NCBI GenBank assembly: GCA_016699465.1
Contig: CP064977.1
Span: 542,503-606,502, forward strand
Direction of reading: 5' to 3'
Source of the DNA: Candidatus Campbellbacteria bacterium
Lineage (GTDB): Bacteria; Patescibacteriota; Minisyncoccia; Phycocordibacterales; EsbW-18
DNA length: 64,000 nt
The notes below the pieces were generated by a model. It did no database searches. It was not told the origin of the DNA and saw only the letters and a program-made list of their open reading frames with translations. The position numbers were made by a program, and so were the translations under genes. Shown here piece after piece: positions 37,486-47,449 of this stretch. Position 1 is the stretch's first letter. Every line of letters starts with the position of its first letter.

Positions 37486-38412
37486 ATGATCAAAGATGTT
37501 GAAACATTAAAAAGAGAATTTCTTGAATACCTCGAGATTGAGCGAGGTCGTTCTATTAAGACAATAGAAAACTACGACCGGTACCTCTCTCGATTTATTG
37601 CATTTTCGAAGGTGTCCAAGACGAGTGATATTACCGAGACATCTGTTCGTGAATTTCGTTTGTGGTTGAACCGCCAAACATCGCGTGTCCAGAAAAAAGA
37701 TGCAGGTAACACCTTGAAAAAGAATACACAGAACTACTACCTCATCGCCCTCCGTGCATTTTTAAAGTTTCTACGTAAACGAAACGTGGAAACACTTCAA
37801 CCAGAAGCAATTGAACTCGCAAAAGTCGGCGAACGTGATCTTGATTTAATTACACCAGTGGAGCTTGGTCGTATTATGGATGCCCCAAAAGGAAGCTCTG
37901 TGCAAGCACTGCGAGATAAGGCGTTGTTGGAGCTACTCTTTTCAACAGGTATGCGTGTATCGGAGCTCGTATCACTTCCGCGCGATGTTGATTTGTCGCG
38001 AGGCGAATTCTCTATTCGTGGAAAGGGTGAAAAGGTTCGTGTGGTCTTCGTTTCCCCTTCTGCACGAGATGCGGTTAATGCGTATTTAGAAAAAAGAACT
38101 GACATGGACGATGCACTCTTTATCCAGTTTGGAAAGGCGTCAAAAAATGCAAAAGACTTGAGGTTAACGGCTCGTTCTGTTGAGCGTTTGGTAAAACGAT
38201 ATGCAGTGAAATCAGGTATCAGTAAGAAAGTAACACCACACGTCATTCGCCACTCGTTTGCGACCGATTTACTTGAGAATGGTGCTGATTTACGAAGTGT
38301 GCAGGCACTCCTCGGTCATGCAAATATCACCACGACGCAAGTGTACACGCACGTGACCGACAAACATTTGAAAGAGGTGCACAACAAATTCCACGGCCAA
38401 CAAAAACAATAG
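37486..38412 (+). CDS. tyrosine recombinase XerC/XerD family
   Basis: 308 aa. N-terminal core-binding domain. C-terminal catalytic ...HVIRHSFATDLLENGADLRSVQALLGHANITTTQVYTHV (R..HxxR..Y). Confidence 0.85.
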   Translation: MIKDVETLKREFLEYLEIERGRSIKTIENYDRYLSRFIAFSKVSKTSDITETSVREFRLWLNRQTSRVQKKDAGNTLKKNTQNYYLIALRAFLKFLRKRNVETLQPEAIELAKVGERDLDLITPVELGRIMDAPKGSSVQALRDKALLELLFSTGMRVSELVSLPRDVDLSRGEFSIRGKGEKVRVVFVSPSARDAVNAYLEKRTDMDDALFIQFGKASKNAKDLRLTARSVERLVKRYAVKSGISKKVTPHVIRHSFATDLLENGADLRSVQALLGHANITTTQVYTHVTDKHLKEVHNKFHGQQKQ

Positions 38413-38436
38413 TACAATACACGTATCGTTATCGGC

Positions 38437-39617
38437 GCTTTTATTTTTTATGAAAAAATATTACATACTCGTACTTTTTGTCTGTGTTATAAGTCCACTC
38501 TTTGCTCGTGCGGAAGACGTTATTTTTCAAAAAGTACTTCGAACCTATGATCAAAATGGATATAACTCTTCCTGGGGCTCCCGTGCTTTTGAAGGTACAG
38601 CGTGGCTTTCAGGAGGAGATTTGATAGTCACAGGAAGTTGCAAACAGGACCACACAGGAGGCGCATTTCTCTTCGGAAGTGATGGTGTATATAAAGGAAT
38701 TGGAAACACATGTAGTGATACAAGCTCTATTAGGTTGGGCTGTTCGGAGGCGGGAGGATGTCAATTGGGGACCGCTATTGCTGAGCGCCCAGATGGTTCA
38801 ATTGTACGTTTAGGACAAAGCCGCAATTTTGTTCGACGCTCTCCTGCTGTCTACACTATTGCATCAGACGGGCTCTCGTTTGTATCTCGACTCTTTTTTT
38901 CAAAATCAAGCGATGAGTATATGTATCCCCAAGGTCCAGAAAATGACTGGAATACATGGGCAAGCTACTACGATCCTGTTGTTACCTCGGATGACATACT
39001 GGTGATGAGGAAAGGTGGAGATGGGTACTTTCCACAACTAGACCGTCTTGTTGCGTTTAGTCTGCCAGAGTTCGGTGCGCTGTGGACAAAAAATTTAACG
39101 GGAGAGATCGTTGGTGGTATTAAAGATATGTTCATTCAAACCAACGCACGAAATTATCCCAAAGAACTCGTTGTATATCGCGTGAGTCGTGGTGGGGTAA
39201 CTGAAATTGACCGAGAACCAATCAATGGATTATGGAAATCATCGTGGGGCACATCCGCTTTGAAAAAAGATCCTAGTGATGCATCGGTGTTTGCTATTAA
39301 AACAGGAACAGGTCCACGAGATACAAAAATAGTTCGCTACCGAGCGAGTGCTTCAGGTATACAAAAAATTGATGAGAGAACTATACCTAGTGATGTGTAT
39401 GGCGCTGACTTTTCAATCTTTGGTGACTACCTAGCATTTGCTACAGGTGGCCCTCGCGTGTGGAAGGGTACGAAGGAGCTAACGATTGGAAGCGCCCCTG
39501 CAGGCACACTGTGGAATGTTTCAAGTGTTTCGTTTGGTCGTGATGGAAAACTCGCCGTCGCAAATGCTAAAAATGTGTTGTTGTACGCGCTTAGTGGAAC
39601 GGTTACACCTCCGGTTT
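38437..39617. repeat. 1.18 kb direct repeat, copy A (covers 5' UTR and first about 390 codons of the secreted-protein gene)
   Basis: About 100% nucleotide identity to 39925-41107 except two single-base homopolymer length differences. Confidence 0.8.
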
Positions 39618-39793
39618 CCATTCCTCCACCAGGTGGCTCGGGGAAAGGTGCTCCATTATATGATTTGAAGTATGGGAATTGTACATTAAAGATGACTACG
39701 GGCGATGTTCAATTTAACTCACCCATCACAAGTGCATTTTTTAATTGTATGCTCAATAGTGCTCTTCAAGGATTTACAACAAGTAAACGCTAG
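38450..39793 (+). CDS. secreted hypothetical protein (447 aa), intact short paralog
   Basis: Signal peptide MKKYYILVLFVCVISPLFARA. Gly/Ser-rich beta-rich protein. 37 nt downstream of the recombinase gene. Confidence 0.7.
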   Translation: MKKYYILVLFVCVISPLFARAEDVIFQKVLRTYDQNGYNSSWGSRAFEGTAWLSGGDLIVTGSCKQDHTGGAFLFGSDGVYKGIGNTCSDTSSIRLGCSEAGGCQLGTAIAERPDGSIVRLGQSRNFVRRSPAVYTIASDGLSFVSRLFFSKSSDEYMYPQGPENDWNTWASYYDPVVTSDDILVMRKGGDGYFPQLDRLVAFSLPEFGALWTKNLTGEIVGGIKDMFIQTNARNYPKELVVYRVSRGGVTEIDREPINGLWKSSWGTSALKKDPSDASVFAIKTGTGPRDTKIVRYRASASGIQKIDERTIPSDVYGADFSIFGDYLAFATGGPRVWKGTKELTIGSAPAGTLWNVSSVSFGRDGKLAVANAKNVLLYALSGTVTPPVSIPPPGGSGKGAPLYDLKYGNCTLKMTTGDVQFNSPITSAFFNCMLNSALQGFTTSKR

Positions 39794-39924
39794 ATAAAAT
39801 TCAAGTACATCTCTAATAAGGCCCCGCTCAAGTACGAGTGGGGCTTTGTGTTCTTGTGTGAAGTAGGTCGAGAAGAATAGCGAACCAATATTTCACGGGG
39901 TACAATGTGTGTGTCATTATTCAT

Positions 39925-41107
39925 TTTTATTTTTTATGAAAAAATATTACATACTCGTACTTTTTGTCTGTGTTATAAGTCCACTCTTTGCTCGTGCGGA
40001 AGACGTTATTTTTCAAAAAGTACTTCGAACCTATGATCAAAATGGATATAACTCTTCCTGGGGCTCCCGTGCTTTTGAAGGTACAGCGTGGCTTTCAGGA
40101 GGAGATTTGATAGTCACAGGAAGTTGCAAACAGGACCACACAGGAGGCGCATTTCTCTTCGGAAGTGATGGTGTATATAAAGGAATTGGAAACACATGTA
40201 GTGATACAAGCTCTATTAGGTTGGGCTGTTCGGAGGCGGGAGGATGTCAATTGGGGACCGCTATTGCTGAGCGCCCAGATGGTTCAATTGTACGTTTAGG
40301 ACAAAGCCGCAATTTTGTTCGACGCTCTCCTGCTGTCTACACTATTGCATCAGACGGGCTCTCGTTTGTATCTCGACTCTTTTTTCAAAATCAAGCGATG
40401 AGTATATGTATCCCCAAGGTCCAGAAAATGACTGGAATACATGGGCAAGCTACTACGATCCTGTTGTTACCTCGGATGACATACTGGTGATGAGGAAAGG
40501 TGGAGATGGGTACTTTCCACAACTAGACCGTCTTGTTGCGTTTAGTCTGCCAGAGTTCGGTGCGCTGTGGACAAAAAATTTAACGGGAGAGATCGTTGGT
40601 GGTATTAAAGATATGTTCATTCAAACCAACGCACGAAATTATCCCAAAGAACTCGTTGTATATCGCGTGAGTCGTGGTGGGGTAACTGAAATTGACCGAG
40701 AACCAATCAATGGATTATGGAAATCATCGTGGGGCACATCCGCTTTGAAAAAGATCCTAGTGATGCATCGGTGTTTGCTATTAAAACAGGAACAGGTCCA
40801 CGAGATACAAAAATAGTTCGCTACCGAGCGAGTGCTTCAGGTATACAAAAAATTGATGAGAGAACTATACCTAGTGATGTGTATGGCGCTGACTTTTCAA
40901 TCTTTGGTGACTACCTAGCATTTGCTACAGGTGGCCCTCGCGTGTGGAAGGGTACGAAGGAGCTAACGATTGGAAGCGCCCCTGCAGGCACACTGTGGAA
41001 TGTTTCAAGTGTTTCGTTTGGTCGTGATGGAAAACTCGCCGTCGCAAATGCTAAAAATGTGTTGTTGTACGCGCTTAGTGGAACGGTTACACCTCCGGTT
41101 TCAATTT
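39925..41107. repeat. 1.18 kb direct repeat, copy B
   Basis: See copy A. Confidence 0.8.
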
Positions 41108-42522
41108 TACCACCGACGGGTGTGGGAAGTGGTTTTAATGGATTGCCTCCAGGAACAACCGAAAAAGAACTCACTACGGTAACAAAAAGTATTTTGCAAC
41201 AAATGGGAATTGGTAACTGTCCCCTTCCACCATCATCAGGTGCAACAATCAACACGACAGGACCAGCACAATTGAGTGCGTTTCTTAATTGTTTACTCCA
41301 AACATCACTAAGTGGTCCATATACAAGTCCTCCAATCTCATCAAATACACCAACATCACTGCAACGACATCCAATACCGCTGATGCCTCCTCAGGTATCA
41401 AACGCTGTTTCGTTAAGCAAGACGCTTATTACTCAGCCAGGATTTTCTGCTACTACAGGTTCATCTGATGTAGCACTAGTTGGTGCTCGGTGGGTTGATG
41501 GAAAATTTGTTCTCTCGAGTTTTTGTAGCGCTACTGGAAATAATAAAGGTCTCTGGATTTTCAGCGAGAGTGGCACGCAGATTGCCGAACGCAATGCGTG
41601 TCGTGATGCTGGTGAGGATCAAAATGGTTCCACAGATCACACGTGGGGCGTTACGCCAAACGTACAATTGGTTGGTAATGGTCAATTTCTAAAAGAAATG
41701 GGACCATACAATAATCGTCCACCACTTCTCTACCACGTTTCTAATGGCGATTTAATTTCCAAAGCGTGGAATGCGCGAGGAATGAGTGGTAATGGCACTG
41801 ATGTTACGAGTGACATAGCGGGAATACCTGGGTATGCAGTTGTTATTGAAAATGGAACGGACAATGTGCTCTATGCGTTGCCGGATTGGAATGTGCTCCA
41901 ACGTGTTTCAAGAAAGTTCCAACCAATTACGGGTGTCGGAAATTATATCGTCGGAACACCAACTCCTGGAAATAAAGATCTGGTTTTGTATAAGGTAGCA
42001 AATAACACATTGGAATTAGTAAACAAAGTAACGACGAATATTCGCCCTGTTGCTGCTGCAGTTGACCCGTCTTCAAACGGTACACGTGTTGGATTCTTGT
42101 TTATAAATGATGGTGGTACAGGAAAAAATCACGCAGATATCTACACTGTTGGTAGTACGGGGCTTAAGTTTGTAAAAAAGGTAACACTCCCTTCGACAAC
42201 AACATTTACCTCTACAGGATGGCAGAATGCATTTGCACTAACCGGTGAGTACGTTGCTTTCAATGATTGTGGATTACCTGCACTTCCTGCGCCTAGCGGA
42301 ACAGGAGACAATCTATCTTCTGCAAAATGCGGTCTCGCTGTTTTGAAAGGTACAACACGTATGACTGTACAACGAATACCTAATGCAACGACGAACGACG
42401 GTTCACAAATTCTTCCACCGGCTATTCGTGGTATTGCGATTTCTCCAAGTGGCGCTGTTATTGTTACAAATAGTTACGGTGCATACCTCTACAAAATTGG
42501 TGGAGGTGGTGTTGGCAACTAA
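39939..42522 (+). pseudogene. long paralog (about 860 aa if repaired) of the secreted protein, interrupted by two +/-1 frameshifts in homopolymer runs (T-run near 40380, A-run near 40748); alternatively phase-variable or sequencing error
   Basis: ORF track splits it into 39909-40490, 40406-40816 and 40717-42522. Each piece is 100% identical in amino acids to the corresponding part of 38450-39793, then continues into a unique about 470-aa C-terminal region. Confidence 0.6.
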
Positions 42523-42540
42523 AAACAAAAGCAAAAATAA

Positions 42541-42572
42541 AAAGCCCCGCTCGTTCTCGAGCGGGGCTTTTT
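42541..42572. terminator. bidirectional rho-independent terminator
   Basis: aaaagccccgctcgttctcgagcggggcttttt between convergent genes. Confidence 0.65.
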
Positions 42573-42592
42573 GTATCTGATTTTTTCTATTA

Positions 42593-42853
42593 CTACATCT
42601 GCTGTGTTGGTGCTTGCTTCACTTCGCATGAGTTGCACTTGCTACACTTGCAGCTGAAGATTGACATCACACCTGCAACACCGACGAGAATGTAGACAAC
42701 ACCCTCGAGCCATGACCAATTACCAAAGATAAGGTTTACGAGGTTCCAATTGCTTCCAAAGAAACCACCAAGACCAACGAGACCCCAGTTAACTGCACCA
42801 ACAATGACCAAAATCCACGTTACCATTGCAATACCACATTTTCCTTTCATCAT
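42593..42853 (-). CDS. DUF378-like small membrane protein
   Basis: ...VIVGAVNWGLVGLGGFFGSNWNLVNLIFG... matches the NWGL(I/V)G core of the DUF378 family. C-terminal CxxC pairs. Confidence 0.55.
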   Translation of the reverse strand: MMKGKCGIAMVTWILVIVGAVNWGLVGLGGFFGSNWNLVNLIFGNWSWLEGVVYILVGVAGVMSIFSCKCSKCNSCEVKQAPTQQM

Positions 42854-43082
42854 ATTTTTTTGGAGATCGGATTCCCAATCTCTAGGTTATATAAATAATG
42901 TTATAAGCAGTTCTATTGTATCAGAAAAAATCTCGTGCAATATTACTGATAAGTGAACAAATGATATACTCAGAGGATACGTCTCGTTAGACATTCTTTT
43001 AATCGGAGTGTCGTGGCGGGTCGTCTTATAAAAGTTGTAACTTAAGATGTGAAAATGTCTCTCATTTTCTATCTCTAATGGG

Positions 43083-43853
43083 ATGCAAATCATTTCATGG
43101 AACGTAAATGGACTCCGTGCCCTCTTCAATCAGGGTTACTGGGATTGGTTTGAACAAGAAAAACCGGATATTTTTTGTCTTCAAGAAACAAAGGCGGAAG
43201 AAAGCCAACTTGCTCCTGAGGTTCAAAAACCACTCGGATACTTCGCCTACTTCAACTCATCAAAAGAACGAAAGGGATATAGTGGTGTTGCTCTGTACAC
43301 AAAAATAGAGCCCAAAAACGTGTCCTTCGACGTGCTTCCAGAAAGATTCAACACCCAAGGGCGTCTCATTGAGGCCGTTTTTGATGATTTCGTACTTTTG
43401 AACGTCTATTTTCCGAATGGTGGCGGTTCTCCCGAGAAGCTCCAGTACAAGCTTGATTTTTATGATGCTTTTCTAGAACACATTCAAAAACTCAGAAAAG
43501 ATGGCAAAAAGGTGATTTTTTGTGGGGACGTCAATGTTGCCCATGAAGAAATTGATATCGCTCGACCAAAAGAGAACGAGGGACATGTTGGATTTTTGCC
43601 TGAGGAGCGTGCGTGGATGGATGAAGTACTTTCTGCGGGGTTTGTTGATACATTTAGACACTTCTATCCTGACAGGAAAAACGCATATTCATACTGGGAT
43701 ACGGTTACTCGCGCTCGCGATAGAAATGTTGGATGGCGACTTGATTATTTCATTGTTTCACAAGATATACTCCCTAAAATCAAGCGATCGGAGATACTGA
43801 CTGATGTATTTGGTTCGGATCATTGCCCTGTGGGGATAGAGTTGGGAATGTAG
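43083..43853 (+). CDS. xth: exodeoxyribonuclease III (AP endonuclease, Xth family)
   Basis: MQIISWNVNGLRA... and ...RLDYFIVSQ...GSDHCPV match ExoIII/APE1 family motifs. Confidence 0.85.
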   Translation: MQIISWNVNGLRALFNQGYWDWFEQEKPDIFCLQETKAEESQLAPEVQKPLGYFAYFNSSKERKGYSGVALYTKIEPKNVSFDVLPERFNTQGRLIEAVFDDFVLLNVYFPNGGGSPEKLQYKLDFYDAFLEHIQKLRKDGKKVIFCGDVNVAHEEIDIARPKENEGHVGFLPEERAWMDEVLSAGFVDTFRHFYPDRKNAYSYWDTVTRARDRNVGWRLDYFIVSQDILPKIKRSEILTDVFGSDHCPVGIELGM

Positions 43854-44186
43854 AATATAGAATGCAGTCATTGTTGTTGTAGTAAAATACGAGACATTTG
43901 ACTTTTATTTTTGTTTATGTTACAAAGGAGCTAGGCCTGAGCCATTCGCAAGGAGACGTTCATTCTCTGGCGAATAAGTGCCGGTACACAGACGATGCTC
44001 AGGTGGGGAGATCGGTCCGGTCGGACGCTCCCAAACGGCGGAAGCCTCCAGTCCTAGGAAACTGGTCGACTCCGCGCCTCGGAACATGGTTCTGGGGTTT
44101 TTCTTTTAGAAATTTTTTGGTGTATTCAAAAAAGCGTTGTTTTTAGGCCATATTTTTGCTGTATTCTCAACTTAACGCAAAAACAC

Positions 44187-44215
44187 TTGACTTTTTATTT
44201 ATATTGTATATAATA
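44187..44215 (+). promoter_or_regulatory. consensus sigma70-like promoter TTGACT-N16-TATAAT
   Basis: cacTTGACTttttatttatattgtaTATAATac. Confidence 0.45.
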
Positions 44216-44221
44216 CTTTTC

Positions 44222-44500
44222 GGACAGTGAGTGAGGGTGCTGGGATGTCGGGGGCTTAACCCCCTAGTTCCCTTGCGAGGCCGATTTCCGTTGCGGAATC
44301 AATTGAGGAACAAAACCTCGAAGGTTCTTGCCGAGAACGGATACACAGGTCCAGCTTTCATTCACTGTTCGCTGTTCTTTTACCTCTGCGAGATGACCTC
44401 GCGGAGAAAACGTGAAGGAGGACGGTCATGGCGCAGGCCATCGCGACCCCGCCCGCAAGAGGCCCGCCGGACAAGCAGTACCCTATCGAATATGATAGGG
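44222..44500 (+). ncRNA. candidate structured RNA / leader transcript (about 280 nt) ending in an intrinsic terminator; contains a 28-codon ORF with perfect RBS
   Basis: Bounded by the promoter above and terminator ccctatcgaatatgataggg+TTTTTATTTT. GC-rich stems (gggggcttaaccccc; ctctgcgagatgacctcgcggag). gaAGGAGGacggtcATG ... 28 codons. Not assignable to a known RNA family by eye. Confidence 0.3.
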
Positions 44501-45154
44501 TTTTTATTTTATAAAGGACATTATGTCCTTTATATATTTAAACATACGGAACGAGGCTATATTTTCAAGAAGGGACCCACGGAAAGCGAAGAGCTTGAGT
44601 GTGATCGCCATTTCAGCAGAAATGGACGCGTGCCCTTGAAAATATAGGCGAGTGGAGAGTTATCCACTTCATGTCCTTTACAACCATAAGCATGTCCTTT
44701 ACACTTACTACCAGAAGTCAGTGAACGGGCCTAATTAAATATATACCCCACACAACAATCTCCTTGCCCGTTTGTGACACTTTGTTCTTTCCCAGCTGGA
44801 TAGGGATCGAGGAAAACAATCGTCAACGGTTTCGCGTGAATCTCTCGCGGGACACAGCACGAGAATAGTGCGCACCACTTTCGCACCTCAAGCTATACGT
44901 TTAGATCTTTCTTACCCCACATCCACACACTAAGGATTTCTCACTGAGAGGTCCTGAAGCCAAGGCCGTCTTGCACTGTTACAGAAGGTTATTCTTCACC
45001 GAATTACGTTCCGTGACTCCAAGGCGGCTTTTTGCATGTGGTTGATTTTATTAGCAAGCGATAGCGAGATGCATAAAATCACCACCCCGCCATGGCGGGG
45101 TTCTCAAAAATTATATTCGCTATGCTCATTAATTTTTGGAAGAAGTTGGAAGAG

Positions 45155-45176
45155 GGCTAATTCATGCGAATTAGCC
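45155..45176. repeat. 22-bp near-perfect palindrome ggctaattcatgcgaattagcc (hairpin family member)
   Basis: Compare 31936-31957. Confidence 0.55.
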
Positions 45177-45180
45177 GATA

Positions 45181-45209
45181 TTGACACGGACAAAAAATGT
45201 AATATAATA
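45181..45209 (+). promoter_or_regulatory. consensus sigma70-like promoter TTGACA-N16-TATAAT
   Basis: TTGACAcggacaaaaaatgtaaTATAAT immediately 5' of the small membrane-peptide ORF. Confidence 0.45.
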
Positions 45210-45262
45210 CTAACGAATGTTCTCGAGCAACCATGCTCGAAAAAACAACAGGAGACAAGACG

Positions 45263-45430
45263 ATGTACTCTCTTGGTTTTCAGACGATGGCTATTCTCAT
45301 AGCCGTACCGTTCCTGGCCCAATTTTTCAGTGGGAAGTGCAACTGGAAGGCCGCTGTGGGTTATGCCTACAGGTATGTGGCTGGCGTTGCGTTCTTCATG
45401 TGGGTGTTGCACCAGGGGGGATACAAGTAG
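45263..45430 (+). CDS. small hydrophobic peptide (about 55 aa), own promoter and terminator
   Basis: Frame of ORF-track entry 45233-45430 (…MYSLGFQTMAILIAVPFLAQFF…), AGGAGA RBS. Terminator gcccgaaacttcggtttcgggc+T-rich at about 45459-45495. Coordinates +/-1 nt (see noticed_but_rejected). Confidence 0.4.
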   Translation: MYSLGFQTMAILIAVPFLAQFFSGKCNWKAAVGYAYRYVAGVAFFMWVLHQGGYK

Positions 45431-45535
45431 AATCCCTCGACCAAGCAACGTACATTTGCCCGAAACTTCGGTTTCGGGCAGATTTTCTTTTCTCTCAACC
45501 TAAAAAGCTACGAAGCTATAAGTTAGCACTCCCCG

Positions 45536-46999
45536 CTATTCAACGTGGTGTTTTGAGCGAATTTTTTTGACTTCTTTTTCCTCGGCTTCTTCTTGCGCAT
45601 CTCTCCCCTTTTCACCAAGCACGCGGAGTTCTGTATCAGGTAGTTTTGCAAGCGCGTGTGCACGAGTTTCCAAATACTCTTTTGTATTTTGTGTTGGGTC
45701 ATCAAGTACATCTTCAAGAAGTGCGTGGAGAATCCATCCTATACGTGGTCCAGGGCGCTCTCCAAGGAGCTCCATGAGTTGTTTTCCATCAATCTGTAGC
45801 ATTCCTACCGAAACAGGATCACGCATCACCTCATCAATCATCGCTTTATACTTACGCAAACGATACGGTTGTTCTTTTGGTCGTCCTGTCCCGATTCGGT
45901 CGCACACACGCATGTTTAAAATATCTTCAACGTTCTCTGGTCCAACATTTCGAATGAGACGACGCACTGCGGAGTGCGTAATTTGTTCTGTGTCTGAGAA
46001 AAACATGTGCCACCGAACAAGTTTCACTACTTTATCAACAACCTCTGTTGGAAATCGCAATTCTTGCATGCGTTTGCGTGCAAGTCGTGAGCCAACAACT
46101 TCGTGTCCATGGAATGACCAATCGTTTTTCTTTGTATCCATTGCCTTTGTGTGTGGTTTTGCAATGTCGTGGAAGAGTGCCGCGAGACGAAGCTCAAGTG
46201 AGAACTTTTTATCAGCAGCCGCTTGCAGAGTACGTCCAATGTGCTCAAAAACCGTGTACGAATGGGCCTGATTCTGGCCTACCCCAATTCCCTTTTCTAA
46301 TTCTGGAACAACATATGAAAGCAATTTGTGTTCATGGAGAAGCTGTATTCCTCGAAATGGACTGTCTGACAAAAGCATTTTAGTAAATTCATCACGAATT
46401 CGTTCAGCTGAGATGTGTGCAAGATCATCTGCATGTTTGAGAATTGCATCTGATGTCTTTTTTTCAATTTCAAAACTAAGTTCTGTTGCAAAACGAACAG
46501 CACGCAACATGCGAAGTGCATCTTCGTTAAATCGTTTTTCTGCGTCACCAATCGCACGGATCAGTGTATCTTCTAAATCTTTTTTTCCATCGTACAAATC
46601 AACGAGTGTGTTGGTTGTTGTATCAAATGCAAACGCATTAATAGTAAAATCACGTCGTGCCAAGTCTTCTTCAAGTGATGTACCAAAAGAAACCTCGTCA
46701 GGGTGTCGTTTGTCGCTATACCCACTCTCCTTTCGATACGGTGTGACCTCAATTGCTTTGAGTGTTGCATCTTCTGTTTCATCGTTGACTACACCAACGG
46801 TTCCATATTCGTTTTCGTAGAAGGTGTGCGGAAAAAGCGCCTGGATTTGTTCAGGTGTTGCGTTTGTGGTCACATCCCAATCTTTTGGTGTTCGATCAAG
46901 ATACATATCTCGAACACAACCACCAACAAGATATGCTTCATACCCACTATGTTGGAGAAGAGCCACAATTCCACGCGCTTCTTTTGGTAGATCTTTCAT
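45536..46999 (-). CDS. cca: CCA-adding tRNA nucleotidyltransferase with C-terminal HD domain
   Basis: GGCVRDMYLDRTPKDWDVTT (pol-beta-like NT motif), HD domain HDIAKP. 487 aa. Confidence 0.85.
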   Translation of the reverse strand: MKDLPKEARGIVALLQHSGYEAYLVGGCVRDMYLDRTPKDWDVTTNATPEQIQALFPHTFYENEYGTVGVVNDETEDATLKAIEVTPYRKESGYSDKRHPDEVSFGTSLEEDLARRDFTINAFAFDTTTNTLVDLYDGKKDLEDTLIRAIGDAEKRFNEDALRMLRAVRFATELSFEIEKKTSDAILKHADDLAHISAERIRDEFTKMLLSDSPFRGIQLLHEHKLLSYVVPELEKGIGVGQNQAHSYTVFEHIGRTLQAAADKKFSLELRLAALFHDIAKPHTKAMDTKKNDWSFHGHEVVGSRLARKRMQELRFPTEVVDKVVKLVRWHMFFSDTEQITHSAVRRLIRNVGPENVEDILNMRVCDRIGTGRPKEQPYRLRKYKAMIDEVMRDPVSVGMLQIDGKQLMELLGERPGPRIGWILHALLEDVLDDPTQNTKEYLETRAHALAKLPDTELRVLGEKGRDAQEEAEEKEVKKIRSKHHVE

Positions 47000-47155
47000 G
47001 ACTTTATTGTAAGAGATTCGACCGAACTTTCGAAGGATTCGCCCGCGCCTCTCAGCTCGTCGTCGCTCGCTTCGGACTGGGCACCAACTCGTTGTTCGAA
47101 TCCCTCACGGTCGTGCATTAAAGCACGACCTCAGGAACACCTCGCTTCGCTTCAG

Positions 47156-47227
47156 TGCCCCCGGAGGGATTCGAACCCCCAACAACAGGTTCGAAGCCTG
47201 TCGTGATATCCATTTCACCACGGGAGC
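47156..47227 (-). tRNA. tRNA-Arg (anticodon TCG), CCA not encoded
   Basis: Hand-folded cloverleaf: acceptor GCTCCCG/CGGGGGC, D stem GTGA/TCAC, anticodon stem ACAGG/CCTGT with loop CTTCGAA, T arm GGGGG-TTCGAAT-CCCTC. Confidence 0.85.
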
Positions 47228-47449
47228 AATACTATTGCCCAAGAATAATACAGGTGAATCGGTCACGAGTTTCTAGCTTCCTCACTGTGCTTCGCACAAT
47301 TCCGTCGCAAGAACTCTCGACTCCAGCTCGTCCCCACCTTCAGCGGATGACTGCGCTTTTCGATTCTCCACGCAAACAAAGTAGTTTGTTTGCTCTGCTT
47401 CGCAAAACATAAGAAAAAACCGGAAGATATCAGATTTTTTCTTAGTTTG

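Noticed and set aside
44231-44647. 138-aa ORF
   Set aside because: Runs straight through a strong intrinsic terminator and the palindromic repeat cluster, and has no RBS at its start. The region is better explained as a noncoding or leader transcript.
43860-45150. Attempt to place RNase P RNA, tmRNA, SRP RNA or 6S RNA in the ORF-poor region (also tried 21900-22270 and 36460-36850)
   Set aside because: I could not find the universally conserved RNase P P4 strings (AGGAAAGUCCGGGCUCC / ACAGAAnCCGGCUUA), a tmRNA tag-reading frame ending in ALAA with a tRNA-like 3' end, or the SRP GGAA tetraloop context. I left the region as a candidate for Infernal rather than naming an RNA.
45236-45365. One-nucleotide disagreement between my reading of the printed sequence (A-run near 45240-45245 and T-run near 45358-45362) and the reading frames implied by the ORF-track translations
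   Set aside because: The ORF-track proteins for 45036-45302, 45217-45570 and 45233-45430 are mutually consistent only if the A-run is one base longer and the T-run one base shorter than I read. This is most likely my mis-count of homopolymers. I therefore treated the track frames as authoritative and give coordinates here as +/-1.
47090-47130. tRNA-like T-arm sequence GTTCGAATCCCTC on the plus strand
   Set aside because: No complementary T-stem, D-arm or anticodon arm could be folded, so this is not a tRNA. It is possibly a decayed fragment.
47155-47412. 85-aa ORF overlapping tRNA-Arg
   Set aside because: Covers a confidently folded tRNA gene on the opposite strand. No coding features.
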